64,000 nucleotides of DNA, from NCBI GenBank assembly GCA_013265495.1, contig MU062317.1:744001-808000 (forward strand). The letters run 5' to 3'. A program made the translations under genes and the position numbers. The notes under the pieces are model-generated. The model saw nothing but the letters and a program-made list of their open reading frames with translations, had not been told where the DNA came from and did no database searches. The DNA is from Vicugna vicugna. Taxonomy: Eukaryota. Numbering within the stretch: position 1 is the first letter of the stretch; every line of letters starts with the position of its first letter. This document shows, in pieces, positions 48,533 to 60,373 of the stretch.

Positions 48533-50782
48533 ACCGTTTGGCCCTCGCTGTGGGACAGTTTCTTCCTAAAGGCAGCTCCAACGAGAACAATGATTTCAGC
48601 GTGTTTCTTGCTGCAAAGCCGCCACCACTGGTGTCAGGCCCTCCTCGCTGGGAGTGCTGGCTCTGGGGGTCCTGTGTCCTTTAACCGCAGGACCTCTTTA
48701 TGTTGGCAGCCCTGCCCTCCGGGTGCCTGGCATCGCGGGGCGGTCCCAGCGCTGGGGGGAAGAGCGCTACCTCGTTTAATCAAACCTGCCCTTCCTGGGG
48801 GGCGGCAGTGCGTCTGCAGGAAGGCCTGCTGGCCCGCCTGCCCTTGGGGAGTGAGGCCACTCCTCAGCTCAGGGCTCCGGGCCAAGCGGGTGACCCCTTC
48901 CTGGGTCGATGGCTGCCAGAGGGGCTCTGGGACAAGCTCCCTGTCCCCCGCTTCGCGCTGTGACCACTGCCATCCGAGCACGGACACCGGCCTTGAGCAC
49001 ATTCCCACCCACCCCGGGCAGCTCCCAGGAGGGACCTCGTGGGCCAGGGGCCGTGCAGGGAGCAGGGGGCCTGAGAGCCTTGGTTCCTCCCCCTGCCTCA
49101 GCCACTCGCACTTAAAGGGATGCTGTGGAAGTACTGGGGCTACAGAGAGGCCTCGGGGGACTGAGGTCCCCAGAGAGGAGGTCCTGGCCCCGGGACGGCC
49201 TGCAGCGCCGCTGAGGGGAGGTGGCTGCCTGCAGGGGCTGGGGAGGGCCTGGGCGTGGGGGCCAGCGGCTGAGGGAGGGTGCCCGGGCCCTGCCGGGGTG
49301 CAGAGAGGCCCTGGCCAGCGCTTGCTCTGGTCAGCAGCTTCTCTCCCCGGTAGGGTGTGGGCACACGCACACATACACACACTCACTCTTGAGAAGGTCC
49401 TTTTCTGAAAAGTGCCCACAGGAGCCGGCCTGCCGGTGTGCCCAGATACCCCCTCCCCCAGCTCTCTCACACCCGAGCTCCCTGGTGCAGGAGTCGCCGG
49501 GAGGACACACGGCCGTGGGCTGTGCGCTCAGTGAGGCCCGGACCCAGGATCAAGCGTGCGTGCTGTGTGCGCCCCGGGCCGCTCGGCGGGTGGACGGAGT
49601 CTGTGCTCACTAGCGCCGGGCCGCAGGGAGCCGTCTTTTCTCGGCCGTGCCCCACCGCTGGCGCTCTGCTCTCTGGTTCGCAGTTTCCTTTCCAGGCCTG
49701 ACCTCCTTGACCGCAGACCCGAGGATGCTCTGCCGCAGTTGGGAGGATGTGTGAGGCCGGCTCTCACGTCTACTCTCATCTGTATCCCACGCTGAACCTC
49801 GGCCAAGTTTGGCGTTTTCCCTTTAGCTTTACCGCTCGGCCAACAGCCAGGGCACAAGGTGAGCACGGGGCGCAGACAGGGGTGGAGAGCGGCTGAGAGC
49901 CGGCAGGGCCGGCCGGCTGCCTGTGAGGGCCGTGGAGACAGTGGACTCGGACGCTTCCCCTGTGCCGAGGGTCCCAGAACATGCATCCTTAATGCAACCC
50001 AACAAGACTCCACCAAGCCGGTTTGTGAGCTCAGAAACGTGACGACTCTGAAGCCTTCCTAAGCTGGGAAGCTCCCACCTACGACATGTGCGCCCCTCGT
50101 GGTGGGACTCGGGGGATGCTCATTCTGGAAGTGGGACGTGCCACCCCCCTCGCTAAGTCCTGGCCCCCTCCTCCCACCCAGCTGGCCCCTTCCCAGCCCC
50201 TCCCAGAGGGGACGGGCCCTGCCCCGCGCAGGGCGGTGGGGCTGCTGCTGGGGTGCTCTTTGCAGGGCCTGCGGGTGAAGGAGGTGGCGGGTAGGAGGAA
50301 GATGGCACCAGTGAGGGGGCCACCCAGCGGAGCGCTGGCTCCCTTTGCTGCCGTGGCTGAGGGAGCAGGTGACCCCGACAGGCTGAGGTCTGCGTCATCT
50401 CTGACACGACAGCTGGAAGCCTGGACTGGGGGCTGCGGACAGGAGAGGGCACAGCCCTAGCTCCTCGGCATGGCTCTCTGGGGCAGGAGCCCAGCCACCT
50501 CGACACTGGTGGAAACACCCAGACCCGAGTCTGCAGGCTCTCAGAGTTTCTCCCTTGGTGGAGCCCAAGAGGTCCCAGGCCACCCAGCCTGGGGTCAGGA
50601 GCCAGGCCCCCTGAGCGGGAGTCTGGGCTCTGCAGCCCGGCCTCGAGGGCCTGCTCCCTGAGCGTGGCCAGGCCCGTTTCCTTCTCTGTCAGTTTCCTTC
50701 ACTTGAAGATTGTGTGGTCCCCGTGCTGTGAGATTTTGTAAGGATGCTGCGAGATTCTGTGTAGGAAATGATGGCTGCCTCG

Positions 50783-50892
50783 GCACAATGCTGGTGTGAA
50801 TGATGACTCAGCACCGTCTCATGTGAACAATAACTCAGCTTAATTGGTGTGAACGGTGACTCAGCACAATCTCGTGTGCGTGAGACTTAGTG
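50783..50892. repeat. Four-copy ~26-27 bp tandem repeat (GTGTGAA-N4-TGACTCAGC core)
   Basis: Cores at 50804 (TGACTCAGCA), 50831 (TAACTCAGCT), 50857 (TGACTCAGCA) and 50883 (AGACTTAGTG). Confidence 0.8.
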
Positions 50893-51789
50893 CCCTGCTA
50901 GGCAGAGAGAAACCTTCAGTATCTTCCAAACTCTGAGAACCAGGGTCATGCCCCCACGTCGGCCCACGAGGCCTCCAGAACCTAACCCTTGTGACCTCTG
51001 ACCCCTCTCTGATTACTGCGCTCCTCAGACACACACCCTCTGTGCCCACAACCCCCTCTTGAGCCTCCCCAGCAGGCCCCCGGGCTCACTCCCACGCTTT
51101 GCCAGCTCTCTGCTAGAACACCTCTCATCGGACTTCCCACCACCTGGGCACTGGGCGGGCCTCCTGCCCTGCCCCCGCCCCCCAGGCCGATGCGCCCAGG
51201 GCGTGTGCAGTTGTCACCTGCATGGCTCAGCTCTGTCTCCTCTACTGGCAGGTAATCTCCCTGAGGACAGGGGTCCAGTTTTTACCGTTGGCCCCTGCGG
51301 CCTGGGCCAGTGCCCGTGCCCAGCCCAGGCTCCCCAAAGGCTGCTGGGGGGTGCACAGCACAACGCAGCGGGCATCACTGGGCTACCAGTACCTGCTGGA
51401 GCCCAGGCCGGAGCCCGCACGCAGGGCAGAGGTGGGGACATGGAGGGTGGGCTGCTGGCTCCTTCTGCAGGACCCAGGAAGTCCTCACCACTCACTGTAA
51501 GTGAGGGGGAACCAAGGAGGGCAGGAGGGGAAAGCGGGACCAGAGCAAGGCAAGGATGCGTCATAAAACCAGAGGGTGGGGGGGACACAGGGAGGAGGCG
51601 GCCGGGCGGGCTCCCGGCCCCCAGAGCAGTGGGCGGCGGCCGGGTGCGCTTTCTGGGCCAACGGGGGTCCCGTGCAGGCAGCGGGCCTGGAGCCTTGGCC
51701 TGACCCCGAGGGCCCCAGGCCCAGGCTGGGCCCCACCTCCCGCGCGAGGGGGGCGGGCGGGACTCGNNNNNNNNNNNNNNNNNNNNNNN

Positions 51790-52002
<213 letters not shown>

Positions 52003-52479
52003 TCACACCCCGTCTGCCTGCTCCCCGGCGGGCCCGGCTCTGGCCCCTGGAAGGGGTCTCACTTGCCGCTCCGCCCCCTGCACCGAGCCTGGCCGGCAGG
52101 TCTCTACTGTCGTGGGGACCCCTCCCCAGCTCCCCCTATGGCCTCAGGTGACCTGTCAGGCCTCCCTTGACCCTGTTTCTTCTCAGTATTTCGTGGGAGA
52201 ACTGTGGCCCCAAGGATGCTCTAGGCAGGAACTCAGAAAGCGTTTTTAAGCTCAAGTACTTTAACTTGTGACCGCCTGGGGCCGAGGAGGCTTGCCCCCA
52301 CCAGCCTGTCCTTCCAGGGTGACAGCAGCCCCGAGAGGACCCGGGCTGGCCCCTCCCAGCCCCCCTTCCCCCGCACGCTCTTTGTCCTCCCTGAAGACTG
52401 AAGGTCACGGGTGGCTCGGGGCTTTGCCACAGGAGCAGGCCGGCAGGTGAGCACAGGGCGCAGGTGCGCACCACGCTAC

Positions 52480-52627
52480 CTTCACACAGTTTTCACATTC
52501 GAAGCGTTTGCCGCTGTCGTGGGACATCTGGTGGCGGATGAGGTTGGACTTCCAGTTGAAGGCCTTGGGGCACTGGTCACACTTGTACTCTCGCTCCTCT
52601 GTGTGGACGACCATGTGCTGCTCCAGG
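52480..52627 (-). CDS. PRDM16: PRDM16 exon 7 (C2H2 fingers)
   Basis: [49 protein letters not shown]; GCGCAG|C and AAG|GTAGCG; 148 nt, phase 2 to 0. Confidence 0.97.
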
Positions 52628-54378
52628 CTGCGCACAGTGGACGGGGGTCACTGTGGGGCCCGCTCCCCGCCCGCGGCCAGGGAGGGAAGCTCTCAACTCA
52701 CATGGCCTATTCCCCTCGGGGCCCCCGCCGCTCCCCACTCAGAGAGCAGGGTGAGTCTGGCCAGCCCATCTGTCCACTGCCTCCCCGGACAGGTCAGAGG
52801 GAGGGACGGGCAGAGACGGCCTCCCTACACCTGATGGGGAAGAAGCCAGTGCTTGGACCCAGCTCAGGCCCTTATCCAAGACCACCCCAGGGCACCCACA
52901 GGCAGTGAGACCCTGCTCACACTTCCTGGCTGCTCTTTAAGATAAGTTTAACCTTGATACCAACCTTGGGTCTAAGAAAAAAGGGGTTCAGAGACTTTCA
53001 GCATTGCCATGAGCCCCAGAGTGGGGGCGAGGCCCAGAAAACCCCTCTCAGTGGCCTGAGGGTACCGGCCAGCCAGGCCGGGCTGACAGCCCACGGAGGT
53101 CGGCGGGGAATGAGCGCAGGGGTCTCCAAACGAGACGTGACACGGAGCAGTGCGCATAGCCGCTGGGAAGGGGCTGCCCCCCCTTGGATGAACGAGCAGC
53201 TCCCCGTCCCCTCCTCTCGAGGGACATCCCACCTCTCCTCCTGTCCCAGGAATGACCGTTAATCTTCATGAGCTCGGCAGTAATACATCACGGCCCGTTA
53301 ATTACGGGGCCCAGCCATCCATTTAGATCAGAAACGCTTGGTTCTTGAGCTACGGCAGATTGTATCTTTTTCCCTGTTGTTAATTGTGATTTATGTGTTT
53401 ATGTAAAGAAATCACGGGCCCTCTTAAGCAGTGCTTGCCGCCCAGGGTCTCGGTTGGGATTTACCCAAACTCCTGTTTTCTCAGTCATCTGTTCAGGGTG
53501 GAGGGCTTCCCGTGCCCGGGGAGGCCGGGACGGGACTGGCACTCAGCTCCCCGCAGTCCCGCGGCCAGTTGGTGCCCTGCTGGGGTTTTGCGCTGACTTT
53601 GCAAGGCTGCCCTGGAGGACGTTCTGGAGGCAGGAGGAGGGTGCACTTTGTGAAAGTCCTCGTGGTTCCCTGGGGCACGGGGACCGCAGGTGCTGGTTCT
53701 CCCCCCACGGGTCCCCAGGGTCCCAGCTCCCGGGTCCCGACTCCTGCCGGGCCTCGGGGCAGGGAAGGCCGTGTCCGGGCATCACACAGGTGGTCTGGCA
53801 CTTGTGCCCACCTCTGGGACTTCTCCAGGGAATTCTGGGGGCCCCGGAGGGAAGCAGAGGCCTGTGCCTGGGGTGGGGAATGAGGGGGCCTCTGGGCGGC
53901 TGCTTCATGCTCCCGCCCGCTGTCTGAGAAGGAGTCCTGCCTGTGTCCAGAGGGTCGCTCTGGTTTCAACCCCTGGAACCCTGGCTTCCCATCTCCACAA
54001 CTCAGCGTTGACCACAGAGTGGTGGGCGGGGCCAGCAGTGGCTCGACTGGGTGGGTCCTCCGTGGGTGGGGGCCTCTGACCAGGGGCCTGGACTTCACAT
54101 TCACAGCCAGGAACACCTGTGGCCTCCAACTGCAGGCCACCGGCCTGCTCTGTCCTTGACGGCACGTGAGTGGGTGGGGCACCTGCCCCCCAGGTGTGCT
54201 GCACGGGAGGGGACCTTTTCTCCAGCTGTCCTTGGAGCCTTCGGCCTGTCAGCGTGGGCAGGCCTGAGGCACAAGGGCTGACCTCTGTCCTTCTCGGGGC
54301 TCCCCCTGTGCTCTCAGGGTTAAGTGACCCTGCTGTCCCCACGGGCTCCCGGGGTGGGGGTGGGGGACATGGGGGCAC

Positions 54379-54592
54379 CTGTACTTGTTGGGGAACATCC
54401 GCTCGCAGTCCTTGCACTCGTGGGCCTGCCCATCGCCGCCCCCGCTGCCCAGGCCCTCCGGCTTGAGCTCCTCGGCCAGGCCCTCGTAGAGTGCGGCCCC
54501 CAGCGAGCCGCACGCGTACTTCTTGTGGCGCCGCAGGTCCAGCTTGGACTGGAAGAGCTCGTCACATGCGTCGCAGCGGAACGTGGGCTCCT
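54379..54592 (-). CDS. PRDM16: PRDM16 exon 6 (first C2H2 fingers)
   Basis: EEPTFRCDACDELFQSKLDLRRHKKYAC...AHECKDCERMFPNKY; acceptor TTGCAG|AG, donor TACAG|GTGCCC; 214 nt, phase 1 to 2. Confidence 0.96.
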
Positions 54593-55189
54593 CTGCAAGG
54601 CAGAGAGGACGGGAGGTGGGCAGGCGGACCCAGACCCGCCCCGGGCCCCAGGCCTGCAGGGGTGTGGGGAGCCCCACAGGGCCTGCCCCCCACCCTGCCT
54701 GGTCCCCTCCCGCTTCTCCCTGCCCCCATCCCGGGACCCAGGGATGGCTGCCCGTGGGCCATGGGGGCCGCCGGGAGGGGATCCGTGTCTGTATCCAAAA
54801 ACCACCGAGGAGCACTGGGCCCCTCCCTGCGTCTCAGGAGGCCTGAGAAGGCCCGGCGCTCGGAATGGAGAAGGAAGCCCGGCCAAGTGTTCTGTGTATG
54901 AATTAGGAATAAGAAGACGGCAGGGCTCTGATGCGTATCATAAGCGATTGTCGTCAAGGTCAAGCAAATAAAAGGGAGGCAGCCACTATGAAGTTTACCA
55001 GGCGGCATCCTGAGAGCCCGCCAAGCCAAACAGCCTGGAGCTGTGAGCCTCCCTGGGGCAGGCCTCCCGCCCCTCCCAGCTGAGCGCGGCCCGACGCAGC
55101 TCCTCCCGGAGCGGGTGCCCCGCCCTGCCCAGGACCACCCTGTGTCCCACGCGGGTCTGGACAGAGAACCTGCACGAAACGTTCCTGCA

Positions 55190-55830
55190 CAAACGCACTG
55201 AAAGGTGTGCGTGTTAGCAGATGTGTGAACCCGTGAGCTCCTCGTGCACGGGGTGCCTGGGCGGGCAGCTGTGTGTGCACGGGGAGCACGGGGCTGAAAA
55301 TTCCAGCGCCTCTGTGTTCTTCTGCAGATGTGCAGGCAGTTTTGTGCGTCTGCACTTGTGTTCCTGCCGGTGTGCATGTGTGCTCGTGTGCACGAGTTTC
55401 TGTCTGTGGCCATGTGTGAAAATCTGCATGTCTGCATGCCCGCACACATGCGTGAGCAGGAATGCCTGCATTTGTACATGTCTGTGTGTGCCTGTGTGCA
55501 CTTACTTGGCACATTCTGTGCACATGCGTGTGTGTGTTAAGTATACACATTCATGTGCATGACTGCCAGTATGATGGTTGTGCCTGTGTGTGTGAACACA
55601 TAGGAACTGAATGTACACTTGTGTACATTTGTGTGTCTGTAAGTGCATGTGGCTGCGTGTGGATGTGTCTGCATGTATTTGTGTGTGAACGCACACGTGT
55701 TACGTGACTGTGTGCATGTGTTAGTGTGTTGTGTGAACGTGCGTGTGGTATGCGTGCATTTATGTGCAAGACTGGGTGTGCCTGAGTGAGTCTGTGTGTG
55801 TGTGTGCGTTGTGCGTGAACGCTGAGACCG
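55190..55830. repeat. Degenerate TG/CA-rich low-complexity array
   Basis: About 640 bp of TGTG/TGCA/CATG words; a shorter similar array lies at 47480-47685. Confidence 0.85.
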
Positions 55831-56518
55831 ACTGGAGAGTGAACTTGCAGAAGATGCTAAACCAAAGCCCACCTAAGCCCCGGGTGGGCCCTTCGGTGCT
55901 GGGGCAGACCCCCCAATCCGATTCCGGGGATGGGGAGGGGTCACAGAGGACGCACGTTACGAAACGGCCCCCCGGCAAGTCTGCAAGATGCTGCCTTCAA
56001 AACAGGACCAGAGCCTGAATGCTCTCTTCAGGGAAACACCCACGGTGGAAGTCAGGTGACAAGTGACATTCACGCCTGAGGCTGGGAGCCTCCATGTGGC
56101 AGGCTGGGTCCCAGGAAGCTTCCTGTGTCCCCACGCCCGAACTTCATGTCAATCCATTCGCTTTGTAACTGGAAAGAGGCCGGGGGAGGCAGATGGGCAC
56201 CCAGGGAGGCAGTGGCAGAGCTCGGCAGGTGGGACCTTTGCTCTGCTCCCAGGGGCAGGTGCGCGGCCCGACTGCCACTGAAGGTGTGAGAGACACACGT
56301 GCAGGTGGGGACCTGCCGGCACTGCCCCTCCCCATTCCCTGCACGCCGTCCTTGTCCTCAGGAAGCGGGTCTGAGTACCGAGAACACCATTTTAGAATGG
56401 AGCCAGACGCACAGACCCCACAAAACTGCTCTTGCGGGTTCATTCTGACTTTCTGGGCTGGAATGAGGCTGAGAGGGGGCTCCCACCAGCATCGCAATAA
56501 AGTTAGAAATGCAAGTTT

Positions 56519-56727
56519 GGGGGAGGGTCTATATAGCTCAGTGGCAGAGTGTGTGCTCAGCATGCACGAGGTCCTGGGTTCAATCCCCAGTGCCTCCTCT
56601 AAAAATAAATAAAACTAATTACCTCCCCTCTACCAAAAACAAACAAAAAACCAAAATAAAATTAAATAAAAAATGCTGGCTTAAATTTTTTTTAAATTAG
56701 TGACCAAGAAAATTGAAAAAAAAAAAA
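56519..56727 (+). mobile_element. tRNA-derived camelid SINE (Vic-1 type) with target-site duplication
   Basis: Head GGGGAGGGT..TAGCTCAGTGG (A box 56534-56544) ..GGTTCAATCCC (B box 56577-56587), body motif CTAATTACCTCCCC, A-rich tail; flanks AGAAATGCAAGTTTG (56505-56519) and AGAAATGCCAGTTTG (56728-56742). Family name from recall. Confidence 0.85.
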
Positions 56728-59298
56728 AGAAATGCCAGTTTGTATTTGACTCTTTCTGGACAGTCACCAAAGTTAAAATTTGAAAACAAAATCAAGAGGG
56801 ACTGAGCACACCCGTCCCCAGCACGGCCCGACCTGCTCTTCCAGTTTGGATCTGGAATTTGGATTTACAGTGAAAACGCTGCCTGCTTCTCAGGCTGCAG
56901 GCATTTGAGGGCGCCCTGCCGCTCCGGGCCCCCAGCCCACCAGTCCGCCCCGTCATGCGAGAGCGTGCTACGCTCCGGCTGCATCCTGTTACGCTGTGTT
57001 GCATGGCGTTTTGTGTCTGTCTGTCTCCTGCTTTGTAAACAGTACACTGCATCCTCTTGACCTTTTTGTGGAGAGGGAGAAAAGTTGATAATTTTTGAGC
57101 CTTTCTCAAAAGAAAGGCATATTTGAATGGAAATGATTTGCTTTATTTTCTCCCAAGAGCAGGAAGTTCTCCTGAAAGAGAGATCTTCACCCCTCTCCAC
57201 TGAAAGAGTGAAAAGAAAATAAAGTCCCTGGAGCGAATGAGTCTGCAAGTGGCTTCCCTCTGCTCTGAATCACTTGTGGGGAAATTGGAATTGAATTTCT
57301 TTACAAAGCTGCAGTTTTGAAGGAGTGTTTCCAGTCCCAGACCCGCAGGGCCAGTGCTTTGGGAACTGGCAAAGCCGGGCCCCCGTTTCTTCCATGACAC
57401 CTGAATGTGGTCCTGGCAGAGGTTCCTGCCCCCTGATAAGAGCAGGCAGAATTGGGATTCAGAGCTGAGCTCCCCTCACGGACATCTGGTGGGTAGGGGT
57501 GGGGAGCTCTATCTCCTACCCAAACCAAACTACACCGAGGCCACAGTGGCCCGGTGTCCTGTTTGGCGAGTCTGTGTCTCACTCGTCCATCTGAAGTCCC
57601 ATCAGGAACTTTCCAGGGCAAAGCAGGACTGTAACAGAAAAACGAATCAGTGCCTGATGGCTTCGGGGGACCGAGGGGGCCACGATTACGTGGCATCGCC
57701 ACGCTAATCTAGCAGACTGGAGGCTCAGAAGCCCTCAAGACCCCACTCCAAGTTCCTGCCGTGAGAAGGGCCCGCTGCATTTAGCCGGGGCTGGGATAAA
57801 CGATTTTTTAGGATAATTATCTTAGTGAGGAACGTTTTTACGTGTTCTTCCCGAGTGCTTCAGAGTGAAGCGGGACGGGGGCGGCTGCTGGGGGAGAAGT
57901 GGCGACCTTGATGGCAAAGAGCAAGAGGAGCCTGGCACCTGGTGGGTGGCTGCGTACAGAGCAAAATTCGGCCACACGTTTGACAAACTATTAGGAACAC
58001 GTAGAGCTTATGTGAGATCGGGGGTGGGAAGGGGAAATCGGAATCAAGGGTTTTAAAACCTTTCGGAAGAAAGACATTTCCTCAGAGGAAACCCCATCTC
58101 CGAGCGCCCTCTTTGGGTTGAGTGGATTTCTGCCTCCAAGTTCTCGTGGGCTGTCTACGGTGCACAGGTCTTTCCAACAATTACTTTAAGTAAAGTGAGA
58201 CCATCCCCCTGCTACCCAGGTCTCGGCCGTTTACTTTTCTTTTCTCAACAGCCTAATTAAAACCAAAGTCTCGCGGAGAGGATGGAAAAGCTCTGTCTCA
58301 TGGAATTACCCCTCTGCGGAGGCTGCCTTTGGAACAGGGATGCAACGAGCTGCGGCGTGACGGTGGCCCCCGCCTGGGGACCGCAAAGGGAACTGCAGGC
58401 GGACGTCTCTGGGTTGGCTCCCGGAGGCGCCCGGCTAATTCCAGCACCCAGCTCCCTGGCCCAGCCAGCCACACTCCCTTGCCGTGACAGCAGAGTGGTT
58501 CCTTAGAGAAACCTGCAGCCCGTGGCATTAACCATTGAGCCCTGGCGTGTTTGGAGAGGAGGGGAACACAGACGGGAGGGGAGAGCCAGCCTCCCCCATT
58601 CCCGGCATGAACAGAAGCACCAGCTCTGGAGATGGCTGGAGGGAGCGACGGCCCTCTGTTCACTTGTGCGCTCTCATGCAAAGTGGGGGTGCCACCTGCT
58701 TGGCGGGGAGCTAACGCGCCCGCCGGCCCTCTGTGCACAACGCAGAGCCCTCCAACCAACTTCTCCTCCGGGACTCAGACGCTGTTCCAGCACCCCAAGG
58801 TGAATGGGCACATCGCCCAGCAGGGGGGACAAAGGAAAAGAAACCTGTATTTCAGAAACCCTAGCCTGTAAGAAACTGGGATTTTCTCAAGCGTCCTCTG
58901 AAACGTGCTTGGGTTGGATGTGGACGAACAAGGAAGGGACGTGTGTCTCCTGGAAAAATACCGAGTGACCGACGGGGAGGAGAGGACGGCAGGGCGCTTC
59001 CCGCAGCCGTCACCGCAGCCCCGCCAGGTCCAGCCAAGCCCTGAGTCTTCCCCCAGTACGTTTTCCCTTAACAGTTCTCTTGGACTTTTTGCCTTTCCCT
59101 GGAGATGGGCGTTACCTTCAAAGACACACATGCCATCCCTGCCCTCTCAGGTGAGACCGAAACGCTCCCTGGCACAGAGCTCTGGAGGCAAATGCTTCCA
59201 AGCGACAAGATGGGCTTTTTTGGTTTTGAAGTGATTTGGAGAGCAAACGATGCAGCTGCTGACACTACTACTACTAACTATTATTATTAGTAATACAG

Positions 59299-59965
59299 GT
59301 TTGCTACAAATAGGCTTACCCTATGCTGTAGCAGTCCCACTCCCGGGCACATATCTGGAGAAAACACTACTCAAAAAGACGCCTGCACCCCAGTGTTGCC
59401 AGCAGCACTATTTACAGCAGCCAAGACATGGAAGCAGCCTAAGTGTCCATCCACAGATGGCTGGATAAAGAAGCTGTGGGATATTTATACAATGGAATAC
59501 TACTCAGCCGTAAAAAAGAATAAAGTTATGCCATTTGCAGCAACACGGATGGACCCAGAGATCGTCATTCTAAGTGAAGTGAGCCAGAAAGAGAAACAAA
59601 AATACCATATGAGATCTCTCGTATGTGGAATCTAAAAAAGAGACACAAATGAGCTTATTTACAAAACAGACTCACAGACAGAAAACAAACTCATGGTTAC
59701 CAGCGGGGAAAGAGGGTGGGAAGAGATAAATTGGGAGTCTGAGATTTGCAGACACTAACTACTATATATAAAACACATAAACAACAAGTTTCTGCTGAAA
59801 AGCACAGGGAGCTCTATTCAACGCCCTGTAGTCCCCTACAATGAACGAGAACACGAAAATGGATACACGTGTGTGCACGTGAGGCTGCAGCATGGCGCTG
59901 CGCACCAGGAACTGACACAACATGGTAAACTGACTGGACTTCAATCAAAAAAAAAAGAAAAAAAC
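59299..59965 (+). mobile_element. 5'-truncated LINE-1 (ORF2 C-terminus, 3' UTR, poly-A) with 10-bp TSD
   Basis: ORF 59393-59635 (TWKQPKCPSTDGWIKKLWDIYTMEYYSAVKKN...ILSEVSQ) is the typical L1 ORF2 C-terminal segment; A-tail at ~59947-59964; AGTAATACAG at 59289-59298 and 59966-59975. Confidence 0.9.
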
Positions 59966-60270
59966 AGTAATACAGTTCAAAAAAATCCCCCAGGGCTCAA
60001 ACTCCGCAACGATGCGGTGCAGCACATCCCCCACTCCCCCAGGTTGTCTGAAGTCCCGTCTCAGGGTGTGGCCCACGCCACCCAAGGAGGGAGAAAGCAA
60101 AGCGCTTGGGGGCGAATTTGTTGGCAAGGTGCTGGTCTGCCTGCCCGGGGTCTGAGCGACAGGCCATGGGCAGCAGCGGGGGGACGCCCGGCCCCCCAGC
60201 GTCGTGCAGCGTGACGTGATGGGAGGCCTGGGAAGCTCCCACGCTTCTGCTCCCACGGGGTGGGGCTTAC

Positions 60271-60373
60271 CATCCAGACCAGGGGGCACCGTCCCCAGGG
60301 AGTAGACGCCTTCTTTCACGTGTACCAGCAGCTCTTCTCCCGGCTCAATGTCCTTAATGACTTTATAATAAAT
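60271..60373 (-). CDS. PRDM16: PRDM16 exon 5 (C-terminal part of the PR/SET domain)
   Basis: Minus strand reads IYYKVIKDIEPGEELLVHVKEGVYSLGTVPPGLD; acceptor CTAG|ATT, donor GAT G|GTAAGC; 103 nt, phase 0 to 1, same length as recalled for human exon 5. Exons 1-4 lie beyond the window. Confidence 0.96.

Noticed and set aside
50783-50892. CRISPR-like array interpretation of the 26-bp repeat
   Set aside because: Eukaryotic intron, units are contiguous with no unique spacers, and no cas genes.
56519-56600. tRNA-Ala-like gene
   Set aside because: Acceptor stem is not intact, and it is followed by a SINE body, A-tail and TSD; it is a SINE head.
59393-59635. 80-aa ORF as an independent gene
   Set aside because: It is the C-terminal end of L1 ORF2 in a 5'-truncated insertion.
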